From the NCBI GenBank assembly GCA_030167865.1, contig JALAGF010005819.1, positions 1 through 44,368 of the forward strand: 44,368 nucleotides of DNA. Reading direction: 5' to 3'. Source of the DNA: Craspedostauros australis (lineage: Eukaryota). Position numbers and translations under genes: made by a program. The notes under the pieces were generated by a model. It ran no database searches and was not told where the DNA came from. It saw only the letters and a list, made by a program, of their open reading frames with translations. This document shows positions 1 to 11,510 of the stretch, one piece after another; the first letter of the stretch is position 1, and every line of letters starts with the position of its first letter.

Positions 1-329
1 GGTAAGTACTCATGGAGTAGGAACCAGTACTGAACGAACGGAGTGTCGAATGCGGAGTACGCATCGAACACGGAGTATCGTGTAACACGAGTACACGATG
101 TTGAGAGAGAGAGCGAGAATACAGAGAGGAGCGAGAGAGGATCTCGCGTACCGACTCATAGTCGGAGACTGAATCTACGAAACAGATTGAAGCGCCGAGA
201 GCATCGGGCAAGACAACTGGTGTACACCGAGAGGATCGGAGTAACCAAGTAATGAAATAGCAAACAGACGACTATCAACCAATACCATCTTCCACGATTG
301 TAGGTTACCATGAGCGGAACTTGCCAACA
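1..329 (+). mobile_element. LTR-like repeat, 3' part (family A, copy 1; truncated by window edge)
   Basis: Direct repeat of 5266-5597 (roughly 85-90% identical by eye). Similarity stops exactly after ...TGCCAACA in both copies, a typical LTR 3' terminus (…CA). Confidence 0.6.
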
Positions 330-1121
330 ATGATTCATGACGTCAGCACAACACACATGTCTGACAGAAAGGAAGATGCAATTCACATCGTCGCATTCGA
401 AGAGCGCCACGCACAGGCGGTAGGCTTGATCCACAGCATTGGGATCAGATGCTCCTCGGAGATCAACGAGTCCACCAACAAGTGGTTTTCTGACAACATT
501 GTCACCATGAGCAGCAACATGATACAGGATGCAAACGGGGAATACGTGGACGTCGAGACAGAAGAAGAGATGGACTTTCTCTTGGACGAAGGATTCGGCA
601 ACGTAGTCATCGAAGGTATCAACATCATGGAGAGAGACAACAAGGCGCCAAAATGCAAGAAGGCAAGGCTGGAGGACGAAAGCTTCAAGATCTTTGGAAC
701 GGAATACGGGAAGTCAGCGGCATCATCAAGATACACAATCCCTGAGTCACAGACAGCAGTAGATGAAAGAGAAGCGATCGAAGCAGAATTGGAAGAAGCA
801 ATGCGAATGGCAAGAGAAACTCAAGAACTGGAGGCAAGCCGTGCTTGAGTGCAAGAGCAGAAAAGCACGACCACCAACTAAGAAGCAATCATAGCGGCTC
901 TGCGTGCCCAACTGGCGGCGTCCGAAGCCCAGCCACCTGCCTCAAGCAAGGGCGGGGGCGAGGGCTAAGAATAATGATAGGCTGGGGGCAGGCAAAGCAT
1001 TGTCAACCACCCCTGCAAGCCCAACAGATGCAAACCCAGAGGAAAGGCGCTGGGAAGGGCCAGACCTCCTCGACAAGCAGTGGGGAGATTCTATGCGCAC
1101 CAAGGGTGGCACTATGATATG
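330..1121 (+). pseudogene. Decayed fragment, probably non-LTR retrotransposon (end of ORF1, start of ORF2)
   Basis: The 321-848 frame continues past TGA and TAA stops (compatible with CGA/CAA) as a coiled coil ending ...AQLAASEAQPPASSKGGGEG*. A second frame reads KQWGDSMRTKGGTMI, resembling the N-terminus of an APE-type LINE ORF2. It is bounded on both sides by LTR-like termini. Family call is inference. Confidence 0.35.
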
Positions 1122-1200
1122 TGTTGGAAATCCAGGGTGGCGATGATAGTAGAAAGTGAATCATTTGCTAGAATCTACTTCTCTGAACTGTGAGCTCTTC
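1122..1200 (-). mobile_element. LTR terminus in reverse orientation, related to the 5720-6451 LTR (inner boundary unknown)
   Basis: TGTTGGAAATCCAGGGT at 1122 matches the reverse complement of 6435-6451 at 16/17 positions. GAACTGTGAGC recurs at a similar offset in both. Confidence 0.5.
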
Positions 1201-1844
1201 ATTGCTCTCAATCTCAAAGTCCAATCTCCTCCTGAGATCTCCATGGGTCCCTCTGTTGATCTAGCATGCATCCATCTTGCATTCATTGCAAATTCATCAT
1301 GGACATGCATGCACCACTGAGTACCCCATATCCGTGAACACAAGCACGTTTGTCGAGATGTACATGTGAGTACATGTCGGGATGTACGTGTATATGTGCA
1401 TCGTTCACCCGTTATTCTCTCATACGCACTTGGACGGTATAACTATACTCGTGTCTATAGTATGCTGTGATTCGTCAGAATTACAGTGGAAATGGAACAC
1501 ACGAAAATGAGCAGAATTTCTGGAGGAAATTTGCAATCGACGATTTCTGAGAGAATTGGAAATATCCGTAAGGAAAGTTTCGGTCCTCAGGAGGACATTT
1601 AGTGCTATCTGTCCTCCTGAGGACATTTATTTTTGACATGCATCGTAACTGTNNNNNNNNNNNNNNNNNNNNNNNNNNNNNNNNNNNNNNNNNNNNNNNN
1701 NNNNGTTTGACTGGTTGGAACACGTATCCACGACACAAATTATGAGTGTCGCGACAATTCATCGCGTTGTGGCTGGTGCCATCTGCTCCGTTCTTTTTGC
1801 CATCTGCACATCCACACGCCAATCTGTTCAATAGTATTCCAGAA

Positions 1845-1879
1845 TATTATTCTATATTATTATATTATATTATATTATA
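1845..1879. repeat. (TATAT)n AT-rich microsatellite
   Basis: tattattctatattattatattatattatattata. Confidence 0.7.
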
Positions 1880-2808
1880 CAACATCTGCTTTCAGTTGCA
1901 TCACTTACGGGTGTTGGGGGGATCTCTAATTGTGTTCTGGAACTTGTGTGTCCTGGTTATGTTTCCTCTTTCATCAACGGAGCCATGTAACTNNNNNNNN
2001 NNNNNNNNNNNNNNNNNNNNNNNNNNNNNNNNNNNNNNNNNNGGATCTCTAATTGTGTTCTGGAACTTGTGTGTCCTGGTTATGTTTCCTCTTTCATCAA
2101 CGGAGCCATGTAACTGTGTGTCCATTCTTAAAAAGCTTGGTTGATTTCTCGTTGTTGCGATAGAGGACTCTCGCACTCCGCTCAGCCCTTCACAAGCAAG
2201 CCTGCAAGGGAGCCACAGCCCGATAGCCACACCTTTCGAGGGGTGGCATCAGAGCTTCTCCCTTGGCGCAAGCCGAATAGATTTAAGTTCGTGCGCTCCA
2301 AGCTGATATGTTCTAAGCTTGCACAGTTCCGGCAAACTAGCAGCTCCATGCGTTAACCGAACATTAGCCAATCATGGTACTTTATTCTGCGTTGTTTTAT
2401 TGTTCTTGTCGTCTTCATTGCTCCATGCTTGTCACTGGGCTATCTCATTTGCATTCCATTTCAAACCACGACGTCAAGGAGAACCACTGCAACACATCCA
2501 TGCCATGGGATTACATTGCCTCACATGCTTCCTCTGCATCATCCGCATCATCCACACCACTCTATGCTTATGCTTTCCTCTGATCCACACCCACCTACAA
2601 CAGCCAATTCATCCATACCCCACCCCACTGTACATCTTCTTGCCAAATCAACAACAAGCCACATTCTTCCATCATTGATCCATCCCATCCTTTCGATTAT
2701 CTCTCCACCCCTCGCCTCAACAACAACAGTGACNATCCTGATGGGACTGCAGCGCAGTCTCCCGCGCCATCCACTTGCACGATACAACCACCTTCCTACG
2801 CCGACGAC

Positions 2809-4382
2809 GTGAAGCAGCCACCAACCATCACATGGTGTCCCAATGCATTCATGTTGGTGCAGTCTCCTCAGGATGCAGGTGTTGCCTACACGGAATGCAA
2901 CAACAATGAATCCCGCACTATGTCTGTCACTGATGGCTTACCCTGTACAACGCTGCCATCTACGGACCAGACGAACAACAAGAGGGCATGCCATTGCAAG
3001 AAGCCGCCAGCTCCTCCTACCTCAGTCTTCAAAATTGTGACGGTTGGTAGCAACAGTAGTCAGCCCACTTCATGGCCTGATCCCACCACCACTGTTGGCA
3101 AGGCCGCATAGCGTTTCCCTCCAATGTACTACAAACTGAAGGGAAAGGTGGACTGCTTGCCTTGGCTGCACATACTGCAACCATGCAACAGAATCCCCAT
3201 GAATGTGATGACCAGGCTTCCAAACAAGCCATGGATACCACTCATTGGCACAGCATGGACAATCATCTGCAACGAACTACACCAGCAGAACTCCACGGTG
3301 TTGCTGAATATGCCACAAGAGTCCGCATTGGCCAACCAATTCCATAACTTCCTGGAGCTCACCAAAACACTCCTGAAGCGCACCCCTTGCTGCAGCGGCA
3401 TGACGGAGAATATGAAGCAGTGGCTCGATGAGCTCACCACCCTGATACAGGAGCGCAAGGACTACGCCAAGGATTGTGTCACCTTGGAGCAAAGAGTTCA
3501 AGGACGCAATAGCATCACCAGCAAGCAAAGGTCCCACATGCTCGCCCTGCGCCCTGCAATATCAAAGGAATAGGCTGGCAAAGCCGCGCGCAAACAGAAG
3601 GCAGCAGGAAGTGAGGAGAATGCCTCATCTTTCTGCATGTCATCCACCACAATGAAGCCTGAGAAGAAGCCACACGTGAGTATGGAACAGAAGATACAGA
3701 ACACTGCAAGCCTCCTCAACAGGCTGAACAAAATCGAAACAAGCTTGCAGATTGGCTGCATGTGGCAATGCCTCCTGCTCCCACCCAAGCCGGACTTCAT
3801 CCAATCATGGTGGTCTGGTCTGCTTCCCCCCTTTCAGTACCAGCTGTGGAGGCAAGCGCACACATCCACAATAGCGGCAATGGCAATGGCAACAGAAATG
3901 GCAGCAAGGACAGGGACAGTAGCAATGACAATAACAACAACAGCAACGACAGCCAATTCATCCAGCACATGTTGAATCAGCAACAGAAAATGCACGATAC
4001 ATGCCACCGCTGGGAGGAGGATCGTGACAGCGTGGAGCGAGAGACTTCTCAGTTGCGCTACACCCAAGATAGGCTCTCTGCTGATATGAGGTCTCTTGCG
4101 GACCTCATGTTCCAAAACTACCACACCAGCAATGGCACTGTCAGCGGCAATAGCAATGNNNNNNNNNNNNNNNNNNNNNNNNNNNNNNNNNNNNNNNNNN
4201 NNNNNNNNNNTGGCAGTGGCAGTTGCAACCGAAACAGAAACGGAAGTGACAGCGATTCCGCAATCACTGTCTCCCAACAAGATTCAGATTGCGGTGACAG
4301 GGAATACCACAGCGGCCATGATGGACATCCTCCCCAAGTCACGAGGACGGAGTCCACCGAATTTTTTACGAACATAGAGTGA
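2809..4382 (+). pseudogene. Decayed internal ORF of the TIR element, possibly a Myb/SANT-like accessory protein with a low-complexity tail
   Basis: ORFs 2809-3111, 3124-3573 and 3637-3975 share one frame, with TAG stops after the first two. An N/S/D/Q-rich frame (3762-4382) follows. W..I.NEL...S.LANQF..FL...SG..E....LDEL..LI.E resembles TE-associated Myb/SANT-like proteins (inference). No DDE motif was recognised. Confidence 0.4.
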
Positions 4383-5265
4383 GACAAGCATGATAACAGC
4401 AATGACGAAGACAAAGATGAAAGAACGGATGCAGCAGCTGCAACAATCAACAAGAAAAGGTCTGAACAAAACAGCCACCTCGAAAGAGAGAGAGAGATAC
4501 ANTAGAAATCTGCATTGGCANTNTAATGAAGAGATGCGGCGGAAACTNGAATGAANGAAAGAATTGCAAATGGGGTAGAACGTAGTTGCAGTGGAAGACA
4601 AGTTAAACACAAAACGCAAACGCATCCGCTAAGAAAAGACTGTAAAATAGACGTAGCCAAGCTTGTCGGACAGCAGACACACATTAGTATGATTTTGTTG
4701 ACGCAGAAGGAGACAAAACTAGACCAAGCAAGTACCGCGATGCAAGTGGAGGTGCGCTAACACCCAGAACAAGCGCACAGAAAAGAACGAAGCAGATGGC
4801 GCCAGCCAACAACGCGATGAATTGTCGCGACACTCATAATTTGTGTCGTGGATACGTGTTCCAGCCAGTCAAACGCCAAAATTAAATGTCCTGAGGAGGA
4901 CAGATAGTTTATCTGTCCTCCTCAGGACAGTTGTGGGAAAAACATTGACAGGAAGCGATAAATGTCCTCCTCAGGACATTTACGAAAACGCCCACACAAA
5001 TTTTTCCTTACGGATATCGTCCGTCCATCCATCAATGGTACCGAGAGAATCTCGAGGCACTTCCCAACTAAACCTCAGATGACGATATCATCTGACAAAC
5101 TGCTGCATCACCAATGGAACGTGACATCTGGAGAGCAGAAGGACGCCTACTGACGTCAACAGGATGTCATCGTGTCACCACGTCGACATCTGTCTCCAAG
5201 TCAGAGCAGGAGGCAAAGATCCGATGACCCATGAAGATCATGGATACAGGAGGTGAAGTTCAAAT

Positions 5266-5597
5266 GGTAAGTACTCATGGAGTAGGAACCAGTACTGAAT
5301 GAACGAAGTGTCGAATGCGGAGCACGCTTCGAACGTGTAGTATCGCGTAGCACGAAGCACGCGATGCTGAGACAGAGAGAGAGAGAATACAGAGAGGAGC
5401 GAGAGAGCATCTCGCGTACCGACTCATAGTTGGAGACCGAATCTACAAGACAGATTGAAGCGCTGAGAGCATCGGGCAAGAGAACGGGCGTACACCGAGA
5501 GGATCAGAGTAGCCAAGTAATGAAATAGCAAACGAACGACTATCAACCAACACCACCCTCCACGATCGTAGGCTACCAATCACGGAACCTGCCAACA
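5266..5597 (+). mobile_element. LTR-like repeat (family A, copy 2; may extend upstream to ~5018)
   Basis: Direct repeat of 1-329, ending ...CTGCCAACA. Confidence 0.6.
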
Positions 5598-5624
5598 GAC
5601 AACCACAAGAACCACTTCATCCAA

Positions 5625-6451
5625 CTGCGGTCTGCAATGGATTAATGGGAGTAAGGCGAATGGTGAAAGAGACGGATGGTGATAATGGATGTTATGTTGT
5701 CGATGCGACAATGGAAGGGTGTTAGGAATCGAGGGTACGACTTTGTCAGAATATCCATGATTGCCGCACCTCCCAACATTATTCATCACAGCTTTGAATA
5801 TTATTCGTCACATGTTCGGAGACTATTTGTCACACCTTTATATGCCATGTCGTTATGACTATGACTAAGGGTACGGACGTGATTGACACCTGTACTACCA
5901 CGAGGAGGATAGCCTGTCCTCCAGTAACGCAAGGACGACACCTATGGCGGATCAGGGGGTCCCGATACCGCGCCAACCATGGCAACCATCCAGATGACGA
6001 CGTCAATCAGAACAGCAAGTCCATGGGCAAGTGACGCACCCTCCTCAGAAGACAGCACGCGCCCCTCCTGCGGACAAGAACATCCGCAGGTTTGGAACAT
6101 CACCAAAGGTGACATCGACCATGAGACGATGGTGTCATGAGATCAACGACGGAAACATGAGATAGGCAAGTGCCCAAGACTGCAGATCCCTACCATGCAA
6201 GCGTAGACAGCTACGACGATGCAGAGACAAGCAACATCAATGCCAAGACAAGGAAGCCAGAAAAGAGCATGATGAATGAAGGGAGAAGCACCTAAGAGAC
6301 AACAGGACGCCCCGTGTCGCCACCGCGACAGATGCCTGCCATGAAGATGAAATCGAAAGAGAAAGTGAGATTGTGCTCACAGTTCTAAAACGGTACAGTT
6401 TCTAACAGCGGATTAGATTACAGTACTAACTATAACCCCGGATTTCCAACA
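5625..6451 (+). mobile_element. Ty1/Copia-like 3' end: pol tail, short purine tract and 732-bp 3' LTR (5720-6451)
   Basis: LTR runs TGTTAGGAATCGAGGGT ... ACCCCGGATTTCCAACA (TG…CA, 13/17 inverted terminal match). It is preceded by purine-rich ATGGAAGGG. The upstream frame ...CNGLMGV...MEGC* stops at TGT-TAG inside the LTR start, as Copia pol often does. No TSD flanks the LTR, consistent with a 3' LTR rather than a solo LTR. Confidence 0.55.
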
Positions 6452-8370
6452 GACGACGTACGGACGTGATTTCGGATTTTTTCGTTGGTAACCATTGGTA
6501 ACCACGTAGAGTCTACGACATTCTGGTACATACAATTGTTGCTTCTTGGTCCAATCTCGACCGACTGTCTTCCAAAGACCCGCATCCAATTCTGTTTCGT
6601 CTATTACTCAAGTGGACGGCATGGCTGGATCCGCCACTTCATTCTGCTTCGGGTGGTGTGCTGGTCAGCGGTCCAGGATGCCTTTGGGTGTTGCTTTGGG
6701 TGTTTGAAGTCAGTCACTAATGCTCGTGACAGCCATGATCATCGATTCGTGAACGCACAAAAGTTCGCGCCAAAAATTATCGTGCGTTTTTACGTGTTGT
6801 TGATTCCGACTGCACTCCTCACCTGAGTCTGGCTACTTTATGCAAGGTTGTGCATCGCCCTGATGTCGGATCATCGCGCCGTTTCTTTCAATCGACGCAG
6901 TATCCTCTCCTGTACCTGCCCGTGTAGTATTGGTCATAGTCCTTCACTTCCTCCAAAGATATACCAACTGCAAGTTGTGTTCTTCGCTTTGTCACGTGGT
7001 ATCCTTGCAAGGAAACATCGCTTCCTGATCAGGCCCCACAACTGCATTCGTCGGCGCTGGTTGCTACACCCTGGCGAAGACTAGCCATTTATCTCACGCT
7101 CACGCGATGGGTGAAGTTGTTGACGCAGTCGCTGTTCGTGCTCCATCAAACCACGTTCGAACCGTCCTGTAGAGGCAGCCTGATGATCATTAATGATCTT
7201 CAGCGCCGCTAAGGCCAATCAAACACTGGCATCTACATTTCGCACGCAATACATGCCAAGTGCGCGCACATTGCATGGAAATTATGCGCGGCGCAGTTGC
7301 ACATGCTCAGTGATGCGGAAGATCCAAAGAAGAGCGGTCAGAGCATGGCGAGATTGCACTCCTTGGTGTGAAACAGTCGGCTCTGCTCTATTCTTGACTG
7401 CTATTGTGTGCTGCTGATATCCAAGGGATCATTGCTTCCCCAAGCAGGATGGATGCAATGATACACATGCATCCAAGTTGCTGTTGCCAAGAAGGTTGCT
7501 GGTGTACGGTATTCTGGAGTAGAACTGAAACGTGATTGCAGAAGTAATCAACCATAATCAACTACAATGCTATACGATGAAGGAAGTCGTAATGGATGGT
7601 ACCAGGATACAAGGAACTGATCATAGCATGTGAGGAACGCACCGGTTGGCACCACATTGTTTTTGTGATCATTTCAACCGCGTGTTAACACGTGTTGGGA
7701 CACACAGGAATTCGCCACGATACATCGCGGTGATTGGCATTCGTGAATGGCAAGAACGAGTGGCGGCTCCAGAGAAACGAACAGATATCGACAACTACCC
7801 AACCAATCACCACCAAAGTTAGAGAGGGTGATAACAGGCTACACATGAGAGTGCTCACGAAAGGAGAGCTCAAACAAATGGAGCGGCATGGACTTGCCGA
7901 GGAGGTTTGTGTCAAAAACGGTGGTTTTTGGGCCGCTTCGCGTGGGACTGACGTACAAAATGTACCAGCGTCTACAGAGAAACTGACTCATACGACTAGT
8001 TACCAATCGTTGCCAATGGCTACCAAAACATTTGGCCTCCACTCAAGCCAAAAGACACTAGACTGGGCAACGCATCACGACAATTCCCACATTGGAGGGC
8101 AACAACCAGCGTAACCGTGGTGAAAAGTATTGCTGAGTGCAGTAGTAAGCACTAATTTGGATGATGTTGGGTGCGCTCTGGATTAGTCTATTTCAACGCG
8201 TCTCATCACAAAAATCCACGACTGACGTTATCGTGACACCGTTTTACCTGGGGGCAGGACGTACTCCTCCACCAAGGATGTGGAGAAAAGCTTCTCCGAC
8301 GGAGATCCAGTTCATAGTTGAGCATGTAATCACTGAGCTAACACTTGTTTATCGTTGTGTTTGGAATCTA

Positions 8371-8930
8371 CTAGATTTTGAGTACAGCATTCGGTAGGCC
8401 TGTGCACTCACCGTCAGACATGCAAGCCCCTTCGCCGATGAAGATAATTGGATTGGCAGCATCCGATGTGCAAGAACCAACTCCTGCGCAACATCTACCA
8501 TTGCATGCTGCTCTCACAGCTTCTGGATTGCCTGAGAACAGTATTTTGTTGTTGTTCACAACTGATAGTGCGTCGTTTGTGAATCGCGCACCGTTAGCAC
8601 GATTGCCGAAGATAAGCCGGGCAAAACCAATGCTGTTCAGCTTCGGAGGATTTGTTGTGCTGCACCCGAACATGCTCCTCAACAAGAGAGCTTTATCTGA
8701 ATCCAAAGCCTCAACTGCAGCAACAAAGTTTGCGCATGCGCCTACACCATATTAGCACAACACTTTATTCACCTGATTCGTTTTCTGATTAGTCTGTCCT
8801 GGTATGTGCTGAAACGATGCTTTCCTCAGACACATGATTTTCGGCATAAGAGGGACACACTAGGGAGAACATCAGAGATTCGGTCTGGCCATCGCCCGGC
8901 AAACATGTGATGCCCAATTCGACCTGATAT
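8371..8930 (-). pseudogene. Disrupted partial paralog of the adjacent Cys-rich secreted protein
   Basis: NKVLC*YGVGACANFVAAVE…ARLIFGN…NKILFSGNPEAVRAAC…CCAGVGSCTS…IGEGACMSDGEC aligns by eye with TKTIICNAGKSSCHEAVAAVK…ARKLFNK…NAILVTERPDAMKAAC…CCQGPSGCTS…VAITACTGDSAC. There is an in-frame TAA at 8754-8752 and a premature TAG at 8373-8371. Confidence 0.65.
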
Positions 8931-9197
8931 ACTTCCCAACTAAACCTGAAATGACAACACACTCGACGACCTCAAGCATCATCAAGGGAATGTGGAATCG
9001 ACAGAGCCATGGAACGGTGATGAGTGACGTCGACACAGAAGACATCATCGCCACATCATGGGTCATCTCCACATCAGAACAAGATCGGATTCGAGGTGCA
9101 ATGACTGAGAGCTGACCTTGAAGACAACAACATGAGATACAACTCAATGAAGATAACATAAGAACTAGAAGTCACTCAACCCAAACAGTGTCTTCAC

Positions 9198-11510
9198 TTA
9201 CCAGCTTGTCACCCTCGTCCTGAAAGACTTGATCTCTCTTGAAGGACTCGTGTGATTTCGCTGTGTACGATAACGAGATAACACACCAGTTGCACATGTC
9301 ACCATTTCAGTGTGCTCAAAGATTGTTGAAGTGACATCTCCTGGAACTGAAAGGCAGGCAGCCTTCAGTGTGGGTAAACCTGTTGGCATGGCTGACGGTG
9401 CGTCAGACGGTTGGTGAGATGGTAGATTGGACGGCATATCTGACGGCGATGAGCTTGGGATGCTTGAAGGCATGTCTGACGGCATGTGAGATGGAAGATC
9501 AGACGGTTGATGAGATGGTAGATTGGACGGCATGTCTGACGGCGATGAGCTTGGGATGCTTGAAGGCATCTCTGATGGCATGTGAGATGGAAGATCAGAC
9601 GGTTGATGAGATGGTAGATTGGACGGCATGTCTGACGGCGATGAGCTTGGGATGCTTGAAGGCATCTCTGACGGCAACTCTGACGGCATGTGAGATGGAA
9701 AATCAGACGGAAGATCAGACGGTTGATGGGATGGTAGACTGGACGGCATCTGAGACGGAAGATCAGACGGCATGTCTGAAGGCGATGAGGTAGGAGCCGA
9801 TGTTGGAGCGCTGGTCGGTGCTGATGTGGGAGCTGATGTCGGGGCGCTGGTCGGTACCGAAGTTGGCGATGCAGATGGCAACTTGGTTGGATTGCTGGTT
9901 GGTCGTCTTGTGATGGTGGGAAGAGGAGTGGGGAAGAACGTCGGGCAATCTGTGGGCAAGGCGTCCTTACCCACACAGTACTCATCCACCTTGTCTCCTG
10001 TTGGATTGTTGTTGCTGTCGTTGCCTCCCTTTGGACAGGCCCCATCGACATCGCTGATGATGTAGAATTCGTCGGAGTTGCACTCCGTCTTTGTCATACA
10101 TCCCCTGCAGCTATCAACACTGCCACATCCACCAGGAGGGATGACGAGGTCGGTTCTCATCATGTCACTGAAGCCCATCTTCTCGCATGACCCATCGGCG
10201 GCACACCCACCATCACCAATGGTCAGGCTGCCTGCATACTTGCCAGCAGTGCCATGATCCACAGTTGAGTGGGCATCCTTGCAGGCGCTGCTGCCAACGC
10301 ATGCATTCGGGCCAATGTTGATATGGCTGCGGAAGCGATATGACGGTGCTGATTGCTCCACACGACGGCCAGCGGAGTTGCATGCGTCTGATCCAACGCA
10401 TGCGCCGGTCTGGATGGTGACATCACCATGAGAACGACGTCCCACTCCCTCGCAAGATTGAGGGGTGGTGCATGCCATCTCACCGACGAAGGTGACTCCT
10501 GTGATGGACGGGTTGATCTCATTCTCATTCATTAACTCACATGCACTTGTGCCAATGCAGGAGGAATCGAGGATGAGGGGATTGGGGCCCATATCCTTGC
10601 ATGCGCTGTCACCAGTGCACGCCGTGATAGCGACGGTCATGAATGGAGGAGAGTTGGAGGCGGAACCGGTGACTGAGGTGCATCCTGAGGGTCCTTGGCA
10701 GCATGGGGTGGGGACGGGAGGCGATTGCATCGCAGCGATGGCTGCGCATGCTGCCTTCATTGCGTCTGGTCGTTCGGTGACGAGGATCGCGTTAGTGGCA
10801 GCGATCAGGGACAATTGGCCCGAGAGCACGCCATTCGACGCGTACTTATTGAATAGCTTGCGTGCCGCTCCTTCGCCAAGGTCTCCTGCACATGCGAAGA
10901 AGTTCTGCAGTTGCTTGGATTCCTTGACGGCAGCTACAGCCTCATGGCATGACGACTTGCCAGCATTGCAGATGATGGTCTTAGTGCGGGCTTCTTGCGG
11001 TGTGAGGATGGCGGTACCATCTGGCTGGCAAATGACTTCGATGGAGGAATCAACGGAAGCTGGATTGGCTGTCGGCTGCGAAGTTGGCGATGGTGTTGGT
11101 TCTCCTGCTACTGTGTCTATGGGCGAGAGGGTCGGGGAGTGTGTGGGGCTGGCGGTTGGTTGGGTCGTCGCCGTCTCGCTGGGGGTCGAGCTGGATGCGA
11201 TGGATGGCGCCGCCGTTGGAAGGTCTGTGACCAATGAGGCAGGCGGTTCAGTGGGCAACGGGGTCGGTACAGAGCTCTCCAGATCAGTCAGATCAGTCGG
11301 ATAAGCTGTTGGTGGCACGCGGTTGTTTTTGTTCTGTTTCACTCCCTTTGGGTTGCCGACGATGGTCTTGAGGGTGTGAGTTCTCCTCATCATTGTATGC
11401 CATTCTTCCTTCTGGTTTACGAGATTGTTGGTGCCCCGCAGCTTGGCGTAGGTCGTTGCCATGTTGGCGACGATGAGCATAACCGTGATAGTTGCCTTTG
11501 TGATGATCAT
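9198..11510 (-). CDS. Secreted Cys-rich repeat protein with PT/PS-rich (mucin/extensin-like) stalks, 770 aa
   Basis: Signal peptide MIITKATITVMLIVANMATTYA|KLRG, a PTxxP tract, ~7 repeats of (I/V)xxxACxGxxAC, then PTSA and PSxxPS tetrapeptide repeats. The C-terminal ~50 aa are uncertain. Confidence 0.8.
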   Translation of the reverse strand: MIITKATITVMLIVANMATTYAKLRGTNNLVNQKEEWHTMMRRTHTLKTIVGNPKGVKQNKNNRVPPTAYPTDLTDLESSVPTPLPTEPPASLVTDLPTAAPSIASSSTPSETATTQPTASPTHSPTLSPIDTVAGEPTPSPTSQPTANPASVDSSIEVICQPDGTAILTPQEARTKTIICNAGKSSCHEAVAAVKESKQLQNFFACAGDLGEGAARKLFNKYASNGVLSGQLSLIAATNAILVTERPDAMKAACAAIAAMQSPPVPTPCCQGPSGCTSVTGSASNSPPFMTVAITACTGDSACKDMGPNPLILDSSCIGTSACELMNENEINPSITGVTFVGEMACTTPQSCEGVGRRSHGDVTIQTGACVGSDACNSAGRRVEQSAPSYRFRSHINIGPNACVGSSACKDAHSTVDHGTAGKYAGSLTIGDGGCAADGSCEKMGFSDMMRTDLVIPPGGCGSVDSCRGCMTKTECNSDEFYIISDVDGACPKGGNDSNNNPTGDKVDEYCVGKDALPTDCPTFFPTPLPTITRRPTSNPTKLPSASPTSVPTSAPTSAPTSAPTSAPTSAPTSSPSDMPSDLPSQMPSSLPSHQPSDLPSDFPSHMPSELPSEMPSSIPSSSPSDMPSNLPSHQPSDLPSHMPSEMPSSIPSSSPSDMPSNLPSHQPSDLPSHMPSDMPSSIPSSSPSDMPSNLPSHQPSDAPSAMPTGLPTLKAACLSVPGDVTSTIFEHTEMVTCATGVLSRYRTQRNHTSPSREIKSFRTRVTSW
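9395..9875 (-). repeat. Coding tandem repeat: 12-bp units (PSxx/PTSA) with a 96-bp higher-order unit in ~3 copies
   Basis: PSEMPSSIPSSSPSDMPSNLPSHQPSDLPSHM repeats with near-identical DNA at 96-bp spacing (e.g. gatgagcttgggatgcttgaaggcat at ~9448, 9544, 9640). Confidence 0.85.

Larger units (their letters stand above)
1566..5013. mobile_element. Non-autonomous/decayed DNA transposon with ~230-bp imperfect terminal inverted repeats
   Basis: Termini are ATAT|CCGTAAGGAAA (1562-1576) and TTTCCTTACGG|ATAT (5003-5017). 1705-1797 is a near-perfect reverse complement of 4781-4874. TGTCCTCCTSAGGACA motifs repeat at both ends. Confidence 0.8.

Noticed and set aside
1920..2115. Exact 73-bp direct repeat (1920-1992 and 2043-2115)
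   Set aside because: The copies sit either side of an N gap, typical of overlapping contig ends in scaffolding.
5871..6471. 14-mer GTACGGACGTGATT at 5871 and 6458
   Set aside because: It does not flank an element as a TSD and has no further similarity.
6500..8150. Possible decayed coding sequence (minus-strand LWGLIRKR; ORF 7734-8114)
   Set aside because: Frames are short and interrupted, with no convincing transposase or domain signature.
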